Positions 1 to 11,455 are shown, numbered from the stretch's first letter. The stretch is DNA of 64,000 bases from an uncultured cyanobacterium (GCA_963740315.1 CAVUDP010000001.1:1312001-1376000), one strand, 5' to 3'. Program-made: numbers and translations. Notes: generated from the letters alone by a model not told the origin.

Positions 1-2
1 TG

Positions 3-1532
3 GTTACGGATTTGGTTCTGGGCAAGAATGATGATGTTATCGGCGTTCAAACTTTCTTTGGTGTCGCATTTGAATGTAAAGCTGTTGTCCTCACCACTGG
101 TACTTTTTTGGGAGGACGAATTTGGGTTGGTAATAAATCGATGCCAGCCGGACGGGCTGGAGAATTCGCCGCCGAAGGGTTGACGCAAACTTTGCAACGT
201 TTGGGATTTGAAACAGGTCGCCTCAAAACTGGAACTCCCGCACGAGTAGATAAGCGCACGGTTGATTACAGCCTCATGACTCCGCAACCGGGTGATGAAG
301 ATGTTCGCTGGTTTAGTTTTGACCCGTCGGTATGGGTGGAAAAGGAACAATTGCCTTGCTACATGACTCGCACCACGGCAGAAACTCATCAATTAATTCG
401 CGATAATCTCAATCTTTCTCCGGTATATGGTGGCTGGGTGGATGCCAAAGGACCCCGTTATTGTCCCAGCATCGAAGATAAGATTGTCCGCTTTGCCGAT
501 AAGGAAAGCCATCAAATCTTTATTGAACCCGAAGGAAGAAATACTCCCGAACTTTATATTCAAGGGTTTTCCACAGGGTTGCCGGAAAATTTGCAACTGC
601 GTATGTTACGTAGTCTTCCGGGTATGGAAAACTGCGTAATGTTACGTCCAGCCTATGCTGTCGAGTATGATTATTTGCCAGCGACTCAGTGTTTTCCCAC
701 ACTAATGACCAAAAAAATCGCCGGTTTATTTTGTGCGGGACAAATTAACGGTACAACTGGCTACGAAGAAGCCGCAGCTCAAGGAATTGTTGCCGGAATT
801 AATGCGGCGAAATTTGTCCGTAACGCGGAGATGGTTGTTTTCCCCCGCGAGCAAAGTTATATCGGCACCTTAATAGATGATTTATGCACCAAAGATTTGC
901 GCGAACCTTACCGGGTTTTAACTAGCAGATCCGAATATCGCTTGCTGCTGCGTTCCGATAATGCCGATCGAAGATTAACGCCCCTGGGACGAGAAATTGG
1001 TTTAATTGACGATCGCCGTTGGGAATTATTCATTCGCAAACAAGAGAATATTACCGCCGAGAAAGAACGGCTGTATGCTAGGCGGGTTAAGGAAAACGAT
1101 GATGTTGGGCGAGCGATCGTAGCTGAAACCGAGCAAGTAATTAAAGGTTCAATTACCCTTGCCGACTTGTTGCGTCGTCCGAAATTTCACTACGCGGACT
1201 TAATTAAATATGAATTGGGAGCCGATTTAGAACGCGCTGAAAAAGAAGGTGCGGAAATCGATATCAAATATTCCGGTTATTTAGCCAGACAGCAGAATCA
1301 AATCGATCAAATCGCTCGTCAAGCAAATCGTTCCCTTCCTGGGGACTTGGATTATGACACCATTGATACCCTTTCCAAAGAATCGCGGGAAAAACTAAAC
1401 AAGGTAAAACCGCTCACCATCGGTCAAGCAGCACGTATCGGTGGAGTTAACCCCGCCGATGTAAATGCATTACTTATATTTTTAGAATTGCGTCAAAACC
1501 GTAAGCAGACTGAGTTTCCAGCCTTAACATGA
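3..1532 (+). CDS. mnmG: tRNA uridine-5-carboxymethylaminomethyl modification enzyme MnmG/GidA (5' truncated by window edge)
   Basis: Motifs [51 protein letters not shown]; frame open to window start. Confidence 0.97.
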   Translation, partial: VTDLVLGKNDDVIGVQTFFGVAFECKAVVLTTGTFLGGRIWVGNKSMPAGRAGEFAAEGLTQTLQRLGFETGRLKTGTPARVDKRTVDYSLMTPQPGDEDVRWFSFDPSVWVEKEQLPCYMTRTTAETHQLIRDNLNLSPVYGGWVDAKGPRYCPSIEDKIVRFADKESHQIFIEPEGRNTPELYIQGFSTGLPENLQLRMLRSLPGMENCVMLRPAYAVEYDYLPATQCFPTLMTKKIAGLFCAGQINGTTGYEEAAAQGIVAGINAAKFVRNAEMVVFPREQSYIGTLIDDLCTKDLREPYRVLTSRSEYRLLLRSDNADRRLTPLGREIGLIDDRRWELFIRKQENITAEKERLYARRVKENDDVGRAIVAETEQVIKGSITLADLLRRPKFHYADLIKYELGADLERAEKEGAEIDIKYSGYLARQQNQIDQIARQANRSLPGDLDYDTIDTLSKESREKLNKVKPLTIGQAARIGGVNPADVNALLIFLELRQNRKQTEFPALT

Positions 1533-1790
1533 AGACAATCTTCATGAAGCACGATTATAGTAGTATGGTGTATCTAGAGAGACTGGTATGATTGATGACA
1601 TAGGAAAACGTCAAAGATCGTCAAAATCTCCCTGGTATATGTTGAAATAGATACTTAAACTTAATGAACTCTTGCGTAACTACTTAGTAAGCAAACAGTT
1701 CTTTTTAGATTCACATTTGCAACGGCACATTTAAAAGGGTAAAGATTTCATAAATCGCCTTGAAGAAACGAATTATTACTGAAAATCGTT

Positions 1791-3119
1791 ATGTCTAAAA
1801 CAGCAACCACAAACCTCGTACTTCCAGAACCCTCCCAAGAGTTAATCGTCAGCGAACCTTGGACGATGGAAACTTATGCAGATGACTTGATGGATCAAAT
1901 TTTTGCCGATCTTGATTGCGTTCTCGATGGAAGCAGTAATCTTAGTTCGCAAATCGTTCAAGCACAACAGATAACGCTCGATCGCGCTAGCTTACCGCAA
2001 TTAGTTGCGCCACCAACCATCATCAGTTCCATCGGGGATGAGCAACGCCGCCATCAAGTTCAACACACCGTAGCGAACAAACCTTTAAAAACAACTCAAA
2101 GAATAAAAAAACCGCGTCGTAAAATTTGGCGCAACCTCAGACAACTACTTACAGTTGGCGCAGGTATGGGATTGGCGATCGCCGCGATCAATTGGGCGAT
2201 CGGCAACGGGTTTTTGAATCGTCTCACCTCCACATCGATGCAATTTGCTTTGCAGGAACCAGCATTACAGCAAAAAGTATTGCAGCCACAAAGTACAGCA
2301 CCCACCCAAGCTGAAATTAAATCAGATTTAGTTGACTATATGCTGGGTGCGCTAACAATTATCGAAAGACAACAAGACGATTTACGGGATACAGCTACTA
2401 GCAACGTTGCGATCGCTACTCCCGTACCCGCGAATCAAACAGCCCTAGCTTACCCCAACCAACCAGTCACAAATGTTCCGGCACCAAGGATTGCTAACAA
2501 CGCCAAACCGTCACCCACTCGTACCACCAGCACCAGAGTTGTAGAAAGAATCTACATACCCGTATATCAAGCGCCGCAACCGATGCGGTACGCACCTCCA
2601 GTCGTAGCTCAAGCACCAGCACCAACACCTTTACCGCCAGTTACCACGGCTTCTATTGAAGTTGCACCAAAGCCATCCGACACCAAAGCCAAAAAACCCG
2701 CACCTGTAAAAGCCGCCAAAACCAAACCACCAGAGAAAATTGCAGCTTTCGCCTCTATCAGAGAAATCAAACCATTAGCGGTAAAAACCAAACCAGTTAA
2801 TGTAAGGCAAGCTCCCGAAATTCCTAAAATGAAAGAGCCTGCAAAAGTTATCGCACCACAACAAACCGCAACTTCCCCAGCCCCACAACCAGAGCAGAAA
2901 GTAGCATCAGTTCCAGCTTCTTCCCACGTATTGGAAGGATTATTAGAGCTAGGAGAACAATCTGCGGCATTATTTAAAGTCAACGGCATAACCCGCCGCA
3001 TCAAATTAGGCGAAAACATCGGCGCTAGCGGTTGGACATTAGTAGACGTAGCCAACGGAGAAGCCATCATTCGCCGCAACGGAGAAGTGCGTTCAATTTT
3101 CGCAGGACAAAAGTTTTAA
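1791..3119 (+). CDS. Conserved cyanobacterial membrane protein: one TM helix, Pro/Lys-rich linker, C-terminal GspC/PilP-like beta domain
   Basis: 442-aa ORF; hydrophobic LLTVGAGMGLAIAAINWAIG; C-terminus LEGLLELG..AALFKVNG..LGENIGASGWTLVDV. Confidence 0.7.
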   Translation: MSKTATTNLVLPEPSQELIVSEPWTMETYADDLMDQIFADLDCVLDGSSNLSSQIVQAQQITLDRASLPQLVAPPTIISSIGDEQRRHQVQHTVANKPLKTTQRIKKPRRKIWRNLRQLLTVGAGMGLAIAAINWAIGNGFLNRLTSTSMQFALQEPALQQKVLQPQSTAPTQAEIKSDLVDYMLGALTIIERQQDDLRDTATSNVAIATPVPANQTALAYPNQPVTNVPAPRIANNAKPSPTRTTSTRVVERIYIPVYQAPQPMRYAPPVVAQAPAPTPLPPVTTASIEVAPKPSDTKAKKPAPVKAAKTKPPEKIAAFASIREIKPLAVKTKPVNVRQAPEIPKMKEPAKVIAPQQTATSPAPQPEQKVASVPASSHVLEGLLELGEQSAALFKVNGITRRIKLGENIGASGWTLVDVANGEAIIRRNGEVRSIFAGQKF

Positions 3120-3383
3120 TTAATAATTGATAATTGCTAATTAACCGAATTTAGACATGAACGCCATTTTTATGACAGCGTGCAAATAATCTACTTGGCT
3201 TTCCAGACGTGTATTAACAGTACATTAGCCTGTTATTAACAACATATCATCAGGGCAATCAAAAAAAAAGCATCTACGGCAACAAATTTTGAATCAGTTA
3301 GCAGTTAGCAGTTGTTAACTGCGTGGATTGTTAATTAGTCGATCGCGTACTTATATTGCAAACTTTATACAAATATTTAGATA

Positions 3384-3440
3384 GGTTCGTAGTAAGAACT
3401 TTAGTTCTCAGATTAAGGCATCAAGCTCTGACTACGAACC
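3384..3440. repeat. REP-like dispersed palindromic element, copy 1 (GGTTYGTAGTAAG...CTKACTACGAACC)
   Basis: Terminal inverted arms plus inner hairpin AGAACT-TT-AGTTCT; related copies at 5218 and 28443. Confidence 0.75.
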
Positions 3441-3647
3441 CTCTTACCCTTAAAAACTAACGCCATAGAGTCATTCAACTCGTACAGAACTTACGATAGA
3501 TGGTGCGTGACGCTACAAACCGGCGTTGCTACGTTCAAACGAGATAAATGCGTCACACACCCTACAAGAAAAATGTGCCAGTTACGGCGATTCCTATCGT
3601 ATTATTAATTATTTACTGGTCACTGGTAACTGCTCACTGCTAACTGT

Positions 3648-5123
3648 TCACTGCTCCACCCATACGGAAACGGAACCACCATTGCAGCGAAACTCAGCCC
3701 AACCCCACTCGTTGGTGCAAACGGGTTCCTTGACGTGTTCGGTTAAGTCGTAATATTTGGTATTGGGTTTACCGACTTCCATCCATTTAGTTCCCCCCGC
3801 ACCGTTGCTCATAATTACTGCCATTGCTTTGGGATGTTCTGCATTACCTAATCTTGTCCAGCCGATGATGTCCCAATGGTCAAAGTAATTATACTGATAG
3901 CCATAGGCAAAATTCTGACGAGCATAAAGGAATTTATCAATTAGCCACTGATGGGAAGGTAGATAAATTGGGTAACGATCGCCATCTCTTCCATAGTCTT
4001 CATATTCCGCGCCGTAGTAGTCGGCATAAAATACGCAGGGATAGCCTTCTTGACGCAGTAAAATTAAGGCATATGCCAAAGGTTTAAACCAAGGCTCCAC
4101 GGGGGCTTCTAATGCTTGCAACGGCTGTGAATCGTGATTTTCGACAAAAGTGACGGCATGGGTGGGGCGCTGCATCACAAACGTATTATCAAAAATGCGC
4201 CGCATATCGTAGCGATCGCCGGATTTACTAGCGTAGTGAAAATTATAGTGCAGCGGTACGTCAAAAAGCGACATTCTTCCACCTACCGCATCAGCAAACC
4301 AGTGCAAAGTATTGATATCGTTATACCAATATTCACCTACTGTAAATAAATCTTTACCAGCATGACGTTCCATTTCATCCAGCCATATCGGGAAAAACCA
4401 TGATGAAATGTGTTTGATAGCGTCTAAGCGGAAACCATTTACACCCGTTGTATCGAGATACCATTTACCCCAATTAATAACTTCATCTTGGACTTCCTTG
4501 CTTTGAAAATCGCAATCGCTTCCCATTAAATAAGAGAAATTGCCGTTTTCCAAAGCAACATAATCATCAAACACCTTACCTTCGAGTAGATATATAGTTG
4601 AAGAATCTTGAGTGTATTCGTCATAATCTACTGCATCAAAATGCCACCAATGCCACTCAAATTTAGAATATTTACCTTTTCTGCCGGGAAACTTGTAGTG
4701 GGTATAGCACTTGATATCGCGCATCCCACCTTTAGGATTTAACCTGTCATTTTGAGAAAAAGGAGTTGCTTTAGCGATTTCTGTATCATCACCACCAATC
4801 CGGTGATTCAATACCGTATCCGCATAAACCTGAATGCCCGCACTTTGCAGAGATTTGACTGCGCTTAAATATTCTTTGCGATCGCCATACTTAGTACGAA
4901 TAGTTCCTTTTTGTTCAAATTCTCCCAAATCGTACATATCGTAAACAGCATATCCCACATCGTAAGTTCCACCCATTCCCTTATAAGCAGGTGGAAGCCA
5001 CATAGCCGTAAAACCCGCATCACTTAGCTCTTTGGCTGTTGATTTAACTTTATCCCACAGCATTCCATCATCGGGGATATACCAGTGGAAATACTGCATC
5101 ATCGTACCGTTTATATTTGACAT
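3648..5123 (-). CDS. amyA: Cytoplasmic alpha-amylase (GH13)
   Basis: NGTMMQYFHWY, GFRLDAIKH, VGEYW, FVENHDSQP catalytic motifs. Confidence 0.93.
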   Translation of the reverse strand: MSNINGTMMQYFHWYIPDDGMLWDKVKSTAKELSDAGFTAMWLPPAYKGMGGTYDVGYAVYDMYDLGEFEQKGTIRTKYGDRKEYLSAVKSLQSAGIQVYADTVLNHRIGGDDTEIAKATPFSQNDRLNPKGGMRDIKCYTHYKFPGRKGKYSKFEWHWWHFDAVDYDEYTQDSSTIYLLEGKVFDDYVALENGNFSYLMGSDCDFQSKEVQDEVINWGKWYLDTTGVNGFRLDAIKHISSWFFPIWLDEMERHAGKDLFTVGEYWYNDINTLHWFADAVGGRMSLFDVPLHYNFHYASKSGDRYDMRRIFDNTFVMQRPTHAVTFVENHDSQPLQALEAPVEPWFKPLAYALILLRQEGYPCVFYADYYGAEYEDYGRDGDRYPIYLPSHQWLIDKFLYARQNFAYGYQYNYFDHWDIIGWTRLGNAEHPKAMAVIMSNGAGGTKWMEVGKPNTKYYDLTEHVKEPVCTNEWGWAEFRCNGGSVSVWVEQ

Positions 5124-5217
5124 GGTAGTGCTGCCGATCGCTGTACATTAAGCACTATAGTCTCTTAAAAAGTAATAGGCAAAAATATCACTAAGTTATG
5201 CAGTAATTTATCAAAAA

Positions 5218-5270
5218 GGTTTGTAGTAAGGACTTTAGTCCTCAAAGAGCTAAAGCTCTTACTACGAACC
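5218..5270. repeat. REP-like dispersed palindromic element, copy 2
   Basis: GGTTTGTAGTAAG...CTTACTACGAACC with inner hairpins AGGACT-TT-AGTCCT and AGAGC-TAAA-GCTCT. Confidence 0.75.
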
Positions 5271-5284
5271 AAAAATATCAGCAA

Positions 5285-7804
5285 TTAACTCCCCGCACAA
5301 TTAACATTTTTTTGCAAATTCCCTGAATCACCATTACTTTGAGCAACAAATTCAATATTACCTTCAGCATCAATTACCATACCAGTTGCTTCTACAATTC
5401 GTTTTGGTAAGGTTGGTTTCTGAGAAATTGGGCTTCTATTATTAGTAACATCAATTTCGCGCAAATCATTCCAGACAATTTGACTTTGTATATCATTCGG
5501 ATTAGCAGGAAAACCACCTTTACCTGTAATTGCAAAACTATTACCGCTATTCGCACTACAGCCAGCGGCAATCTGTTGATTAGAATCTATTACATCATTC
5601 GGTAATTCGATTGCTCCCGAAGTAGGATTTACATTCAAATTATTGATTTTAACAACACCATTAACGCCAAATTCAGAACTTGCTGTAATATCGCTTTCTT
5701 CGGTTAACTTTTCGCGAAACTGTAAACCAAAAATACCTTGAGTTGTAATATCTATATTTCCACCATTGCCTTGAAAAGCGTTAGCAATAATATCGCTATT
5801 TTCTACACCTACAATTACTGGAGAATCAATCGTAATATTTCCACCATTACCAGTACTTCCGGCTTCTGCTGAAATTGTACTGTTATTACGTATTAATAAC
5901 TTTTCTTGTAAATTAAAAACAATATTTCCGCCTTCACCAGAAGCAGTTGTTGCTGTAATACTACCTTGATTCAACTCTACCGAATCAGCATCAATTTTCA
6001 GCATACCAGCAGTACCAATACCAAAATTTCCCACGCTCACTCCTGCATAGTCGCTGATTTTTAAATTAGGCGTGCGGATGGTGACATCTCCAGCATCACC
6101 AAGCGCAGCATAAGTTGAAAGATTATCAATAATATTAGAACTTGTCGTACCTACTGTTGAGCTTATATTGCTTGCATAATTTTGTTCCGGTATTGCTCCA
6201 GTGACTTCTACTGATTCAGTTGCATTAACCGAAACCTTCCCAGCATTACCAATGCCTAAGTGAGTAGTTGAAACAGTACCTCCATCTTTTAAGGAAAGAG
6301 TACCTGTATTTAGCTTAATAGTGCCAGAATCTCCCTGACGATAACCAATGCTAGCAATAGAAGTAGGTGTAAATAAATCAGGTGATGCATTTATTCCTGA
6401 TAATTCTATTGCATCTGCATCAATTTGGATATTACCACCATTTCCATCACCATACGTTTGCGTCGCTAGAAACGAACCATTTTGCATTGAAAGCTGCTGT
6501 GTTTTTATATTTACGTCTCCACCGATAGCTGTTGATGCAGTTGGATCTGTAGGTTTTTTTGGATAATAATAAGTAGCAGTTCCTAAAGAATTTAGAATGC
6601 TATTTTTTGGCGAAGCATCTAGCATTACTAAATATTCAGTTGTATTTATATTTATATTACCGCTGGGTGCTGGTGTATATGTTCTATTTTCAATCGCCGT
6701 ACCGTTTTGCAAACTCAAGCCTTTGGCAGAAATATTAATATTACCGCTTGCACCAAATCCGATAGTTTCATTAACAATACTGCTTCGCAAAGTTTCGTCA
6801 GCATTCATCCCATTTAACGACAGCACTTCGCTAGCATTAATATTAATATCTCCCCCTGGTTGAAAACCAAAACCTTGATTTTTACTCCAAATTACCGAAC
6901 CATTATTTATATCAATATTTCTTCCTCGCACCTGTATCGAACCCGCACCTTCACCACTTACATTTAAAAGCGACTTTTGATTTAATTTAATATCTTTATA
7001 GTTGGAAATATCGTTATATTTAAGCTTAAACCCTTCTTTTATGGAATTTAACTCAACTTTATCATTACTACCTAAACTTCCTAACTCAATACGTCCGCTA
7101 GCAGCAGTCAAACTACCACCATTTAAATTAATATCGCTTCCTACCAAAGCTAAAGTATTTCCCGTTTTTACCTTTAAACCAGGTGCGAATCCGAGGGAGA
7201 AATAAGGTGTAAAAATAGGATCTTCGGCAACTATATCGTGTCCGTAACCATTTACTTGAATCGCTCCCGGATTTTGCCCCATTTGCAAACCCAGAGGCAT
7301 ATTAATAGTTAATAAAGGTGGTGAATAAGTATCATCCGCGCTAAACTTCCAACCGTTGCCGAATTCAATACTACTTGCAGTACTACCAATAAACGAACCA
7401 CCAATATCTAAAGCCGCATTTTGACCAAATACAATTCCATTCGGATTAATTAAAAATACATTTGCATTACCGTTTGCTTTAATTAAACCGTCTATATTAG
7501 ATATGTTTCCACCCGTCACCCGATTGATAATATTTACCACATCCGCAGAGTTATTAAATACAGCAGAGCCACCTGTAGGTATAGAAAACTCTTTAAAACT
7601 ATGGAAGAGATTATTATTAATACGATTGGAATTATTTATACTGTCAATAATAAAGTTTAAGTTGTCTGTAGAAGTTACCCGTGTTGGTAAAGTACCATCA
7701 GCACTAACTTTTTGAGCGTTAGCAGAGGTAGGTAATATTAACCCAGAAATAATAAAAGATGTGAAGCAAAATGAGTAATATTGTTTTTTTAAACCCTGAA
7801 ACAT
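5285..7804 (-). CDS. Filamentous haemagglutinin family (TPS-domain) exoprotein
   Basis: Signal-like N-terminus, NLFHSFKEFS / NRVTGG / INPNGIVFG secretion domain, G(N/D)GGNI beta-helix repeats; ATG at 7804 preferred over ORF-track 7843. Confidence 0.88.
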   Translation of the reverse strand: MFQGLKKQYYSFCFTSFIISGLILPTSANAQKVSADGTLPTRVTSTDNLNFIIDSINNSNRINNNLFHSFKEFSIPTGGSAVFNNSADVVNIINRVTGGNISNIDGLIKANGNANVFLINPNGIVFGQNAALDIGGSFIGSTASSIEFGNGWKFSADDTYSPPLLTINMPLGLQMGQNPGAIQVNGYGHDIVAEDPIFTPYFSLGFAPGLKVKTGNTLALVGSDINLNGGSLTAASGRIELGSLGSNDKVELNSIKEGFKLKYNDISNYKDIKLNQKSLLNVSGEGAGSIQVRGRNIDINNGSVIWSKNQGFGFQPGGDININASEVLSLNGMNADETLRSSIVNETIGFGASGNINISAKGLSLQNGTAIENRTYTPAPSGNININTTEYLVMLDASPKNSILNSLGTATYYYPKKPTDPTASTAIGGDVNIKTQQLSMQNGSFLATQTYGDGNGGNIQIDADAIELSGINASPDLFTPTSIASIGYRQGDSGTIKLNTGTLSLKDGGTVSTTHLGIGNAGKVSVNATESVEVTGAIPEQNYASNISSTVGTTSSNIIDNLSTYAALGDAGDVTIRTPNLKISDYAGVSVGNFGIGTAGMLKIDADSVELNQGSITATTASGEGGNIVFNLQEKLLIRNNSTISAEAGSTGNGGNITIDSPVIVGVENSDIIANAFQGNGGNIDITTQGIFGLQFREKLTEESDITASSEFGVNGVVKINNLNVNPTSGAIELPNDVIDSNQQIAAGCSANSGNSFAITGKGGFPANPNDIQSQIVWNDLREIDVTNNRSPISQKPTLPKRIVEATGMVIDAEGNIEFVAQSNGDSGNLQKNVNCAGS

Positions 7805-7923
7805 AATCCAAATCTCTAAAAGTGTTAGTAATATGGTTCCCACTTTTAAAGAAAAATCAACATTTTTTGTAAATTGCGATACGCCTTAGCGTCTAGCTTC
7901 GCTAATCGCGATATACCAAAAGT

Positions 7924-7950
7924 GTAGAGACGTTGCAGTGCAACGTCTCC
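7924..7950. repeat. GTAG-footed REP-like hairpin
   Basis: GTAG followed by AGACGTTGCA-G-TGCAACGTCT. Confidence 0.65.
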
Positions 7951-8007
7951 AAATATAATTATGTAACAAATAAATTCCTGAAATTAAATCAAACAATCCA
8001 ATATTTC

Positions 8008-8301
8008 CTATTGCCAAGTCGCCACATCTCGAAATACTTGAGGTATCTGTGTAGATTGAGGAAATTCTAAGATTGTCTCTCTAACACCCAAATATCCCGA
8101 CTCCGTAAAAGACATCAACATCCTTCCTAAAGCAAACCAAACCTCACTTTCATACTCCCAATCGCCATAACGCCCAGCTTTACCCGCAATCGATCGCAAC
8201 GCCCAAAAATAACTATTCCTCACCACCGAGCCGCCTTTTTTATACTCCGGTATATCTTCGTGGCTTATATATATTAAGTCGTCTTCGATTCTAGCTTTCA
8301 T
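8008..8301 (-). CDS. Small hypothetical protein
   Basis: 97-aa ATG ORF with protein-like composition, co-oriented with neighbours. Confidence 0.7.
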   Translation of the reverse strand: MKARIEDDLIYISHEDIPEYKKGGSVVRNSYFWALRSIAGKAGRYGDWEYESEVWFALGRMLMSFTESGYLGVRETILEFPQSTQIPQVFRDVATWQ

Positions 8302-8306
8302 AATTA

Positions 8307-8570
8307 CAGTGAGCAGTGAGCAGTGAGCAGTGAGCAGTGAGCAGTGAGCAGTGAGCAGTGAGCAGTGAGCAGTGAGCAGTGAGCAGTGAGCAGTGAGCAG
8401 TGAGCAGTGAGCAGTGAGCAGTTAACAGTTAACAGTTAACAGTTAGGAGTTAGGAGTTAGGAATTAGGGGTTAGTTGTTAGTTGTTAGTTGTTAGTTGTT
8501 AATTTTTCTCCCCCCGTCTCCCCATCTCCCCATCTCCCCATCTCCCCATCTACCCCCTCTACCCATCTCT
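8307..8570. repeat. STRR block: (CAGTGAG)x16, then (CAGTTAA)n, (TAGGAGT)n, (TTAGTTG)n, (CCCCATCT)n
   Basis: Tandem heptamers read directly; 16 perfect CAGTGAG at 8307-8418. Confidence 0.95.
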
Positions 8571-9516
8571 ATCCCCAATTCCCCATGCCCAATTGATTCG
8601 CAATTTCCACTTTATTAGCTATTTGCTGCTGCACGGTTTTAATTAACTTAACCGTTCTTTGATAAGCTATTGTTTCTTTTCTATTTATAAAATAAGCTGC
8701 GGCTGTTTGTAAATCTTCGATCGCGGCTTGTTCGTAACCGAGATTATGATAAGCTACACCACGATTTACATAGGCGATCGCATTATTGGGATTCAGCTTT
8801 ACTACTTGATTAAAATCGCGCAATGCTCCCCAATTATCCCGGCTTTTAGCACAGGCACAACCACGGTTAAAATAAGCTCTACTATCTGTTGAATTCAACC
8901 GAATCGCTTTGGAAAAATCAAGTAAAGCAGCCGGTAAATTCTGTAATTCAAAATTAACTAAACCTCTATCGTTATAAATATCTGCCAACGAAGAACTTGA
9001 TAATTGAGAAGTTTGAGTTAAAGCCAAATTATAATCTTGAATTGCCCCTTGATGATTCTTCAATGCAGCATTAGCGATACCTCGGTTATAGTATGCTCGA
9101 AAATCATGGGGTTTGAGTTTAATAGCTCGATCGTTATCTAAAATCGCCGCTTGATAATTTCCCAGTCTATATTCAGCAAGTCCCCGATTTAGATAAGCTT
9201 CCGTATTATCTGGGACAAAATTTAACGCTACAGTACAATCTGCGATCGCATTATGGTATTCTTCTAATTGAAGGTAAGCTAAACAACGATTGCTGTAAGC
9301 TGCGCCAGAATTCTTCTTTAACTCGATTGCTTGAGTAAAGTTTTTAATAGCTTGTTGATAATTACCAAGCTGAATATTCTGTACTCCCATTTGCAAAAAT
9401 TCACTTATCGTAACTCGATCGGAACTTGTTAGTGAATATACGGGAGAAATTATAAAAAAGCAGTTAATCGCAACAATAACAATAAAATTAATCGCAAATC
9501 GGTAGCAGCAATTCAT
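8569..9516 (-). CDS. TPR-repeat protein
   Basis: Repeated AY.NRG.A...LG....AI.D helices; N-terminal hydrophobic segment. Confidence 0.9.
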   Translation of the reverse strand: MNCCYRFAINFIVIVAINCFFIISPVYSLTSSDRVTISEFLQMGVQNIQLGNYQQAIKNFTQAIELKKNSGAAYSNRCLAYLQLEEYHNAIADCTVALNFVPDNTEAYLNRGLAEYRLGNYQAAILDNDRAIKLKPHDFRAYYNRGIANAALKNHQGAIQDYNLALTQTSQLSSSSLADIYNDRGLVNFELQNLPAALLDFSKAIRLNSTDSRAYFNRGCACAKSRDNWGALRDFNQVVKLNPNNAIAYVNRGVAYHNLGYEQAAIEDLQTAAAYFINRKETIAYQRTVKLIKTVQQQIANKVEIANQLGMGNWG

Positions 9517-9560
9517 AACTTATATTCCTAAATGAATTGTTGAGATAATTATAAGCTTAT

Positions 9561-9627
9561 ACAAATGAAGCCCACGGAGGTGGGCTTTGTAGTATTAGCC
9601 CGTCGGCTCCTTCTAGGCTGCGGGCTT
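9561..9627. repeat. Small dispersed repeat with two hairpins
   Basis: AAGCCCAC-GGAG-GTGGGCTT and AGCCCG...CGGGCT downstream of petJ. Confidence 0.55.
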
Positions 9628-9692
9628 TCCTTCACTTTTCGCTATTTCAAACTAAATACGCTTATTCGCGGAGTAATTGTAAATAGTCTTTC

Positions 9693-10022
9693 TTACCAAC
9701 CAGCTTCAGATTTAGACAAAACGTAATCAGCTACATCTTGAATTTGTGAATCTTTCAAACGCCCTCTGAAAGCAGGCATAGCATTTTTACCATTAGTAAC
9801 TTGGGTTACAATAGCTTCTACCGAATTCATACCATACTTTTCCAAATCTGCTTTACTAAGGCTTTTATTGGCTTGAACCAAATTTCTACCACCTGCATGG
9901 CAAGAAGCGCAATTAGCATTAAACACAGCACCACCAGAGGCTGCATCAGCTAAAGCAGGGCGATTAAAAGCGAAACTAAAAATTGCTACACCAAGTAACA
10001 ATATTGAAACAATCTTTTTCAT
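9693..10022 (-). CDS. petJ: Cytochrome c6
   Basis: Signal peptide, CASCH haem motif, [12 protein letters not shown]. Confidence 0.95.
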   Translation of the reverse strand: MKKIVSILLLGVAIFSFAFNRPALADAASGGAVFNANCASCHAGGRNLVQANKSLSKADLEKYGMNSVEAIVTQVTNGKNAMPAFRGRLKDSQIQDVADYVLSKSEAGW

Positions 10023-10130
10023 TCTCTGTGTTCTCTCTACGAATCAAGGATAAGCAAATACAATATCCGATCGTTATTCTCCCGCCTCACCGCTTTTTCC
10101 GTCAAATGACAGCTTGTCATAGTTGGGAAT

Positions 10131-10370
10131 TTGGGAGAGGGAGATGAGGGGATGGGGAGATGGGGAGAGGGGGAGATGGGGAGAGGGGGGAGAGGGGGAG
10201 AGGGGGTAGAGGGGGTAGAGGGGGTAGATGGGGAGATGGGGTAGAGGGGGTAGAGGGGGTAGAGGGGGGTAGTTAAACAGCGAGCAAGATGCTCGCACTA
10301 CTTCTAACTGCTAACTGCTAACTGCTAACTGCTAACTGTTAACTGCTAACTGCTAACTACTAACTCCTAA
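10131..10370. repeat. G/A-rich STRR (GGGGAGAT / GGGGGTAGA), GCGAGCAAGATGCTCGCACTAC element, then (CTAACTG)n
   Basis: Direct reading; the GCGAGCAAGATGCTCGCACTAC unit recurs at ~29887. Confidence 0.85.
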
Positions 10371-10855
10371 CTCCCTAACTTCTTCAACTCATCTCCCATG
10401 AGGCGGCAAATCCGCCAATCTTCTAAAATGTCTGCTCCCATGTGGCGGTAGAATGCTTTTGCTGGTTCGTTCCAATCCAAAACGCTCCATTCTAATCTTC
10501 CGCAATTTCTTTCAACTGCAATGCTCGCAACTTTGGTTAAAAGTGCTTTACCAATACCTTTTTGACGATATTCTTTTAAAACGAATAAATCTTCTAAATA
10601 GATTCCCGGCTGGGTAAGAAAGGTTGAATAATTATGAAAAAATAAGGCGAATCCTACTGTTTGCCCGCTTACTTCTGCTAATATCGCTTCAGCATATTTT
10701 CGATCCCCAAATAAATGCTCTTTGAGTTGTGAAACACTACCAGTCACCGCATCAGTTAGTTTTTCGTATTCTGCCAACCCTTTGATTAATTCAAATAATA
10801 CGCCGCAATCTTCTGGTTGAGCTAAACGTAAACTCAAATCGCTATCGGGAGTCAT
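10367..10855 (-). CDS. GNAT N-acetyltransferase (SSAT/diamine acetyltransferase-like)
   Basis: LAEYEKL, YSTFLTQPGIYLEDLFV, RQKGIGKAL, WSVLDWNEPA. Confidence 0.9.
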   Translation of the reverse strand: MTPDSDLSLRLAQPEDCGVLFELIKGLAEYEKLTDAVTGSVSQLKEHLFGDRKYAEAILAEVSGQTVGFALFFHNYSTFLTQPGIYLEDLFVLKEYRQKGIGKALLTKVASIAVERNCGRLEWSVLDWNEPAKAFYRHMGADILEDWRICRLMGDELKKLGS

Positions 10856-10949
10856 TAGTTATTTCAAATATGAAGGACGAATTGTTAAGTATGTAGCAAA
10901 GATATCCTACATATGAAGTAACTTTACAAAAGTTTTAATTTAGAGATTA

Positions 10950-11180
10950 TTATTCAAGTTTTTCTCTTAGCGATGGCGTTAAAATCATTAATCCCCTGGC
11001 AACTTCTTCATGAGTTGCTGTACCATCCGCTACCTTCGGCACAATAGCCATCAATTCTAAAGCTAATTTTGTCGGTATACCCGATGCTTCTAAACGCTTT
11101 AGTTCTAAAATATCAATACCTGCTTCCAATCCTTCCAAATACTCTTCTACGGTAACTCCGTAGTCATGTATTTCGGTCAT
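10950..11180 (-). CDS. Small hypothetical protein
   Basis: 76-aa ATG ORF with AGGAAG upstream. Confidence 0.6.
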   Translation of the reverse strand: MTEIHDYGVTVEEYLEGLEAGIDILELKRLEASGIPTKLALELMAIVPKVADGTATHEEVARGLMILTPSLREKLE

Positions 11181-11455
11181 AAATATAGCTTCCTAATATC
11201 TAAATTTATTACTCAATTTCTATATTTATTTTCTTACAGGAATCGCATTTTATAACAAGTTATTTTAAAAATATTTGAGTGCATTCCCATCCCCTCCGGC
11301 AAGCGATCGCAGCGCAAATCCCTCCCCCAGGCTTGGGAAAGGGATTAAAAAGATTTAGATATTTTTCAAGCTTTAGAAAAATCAAAGCTAATTAATTATC
11401 AGTTAACAATTACAACCACTTTTCTGATAACTGTTAACTGTTAACTGATAACTGA

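Noticed and set aside
47..7715. Numerous short ORFs overlapping mnmG, the hypothetical gene, amyA and the FHA gene
   Set aside because: Antisense or alternate-frame shadows of well-supported genes; the same applies to similar short ORFs across the window
10074..10298. 74-aa Pro-rich ORF
   Set aside because: Translation of STRR repeats
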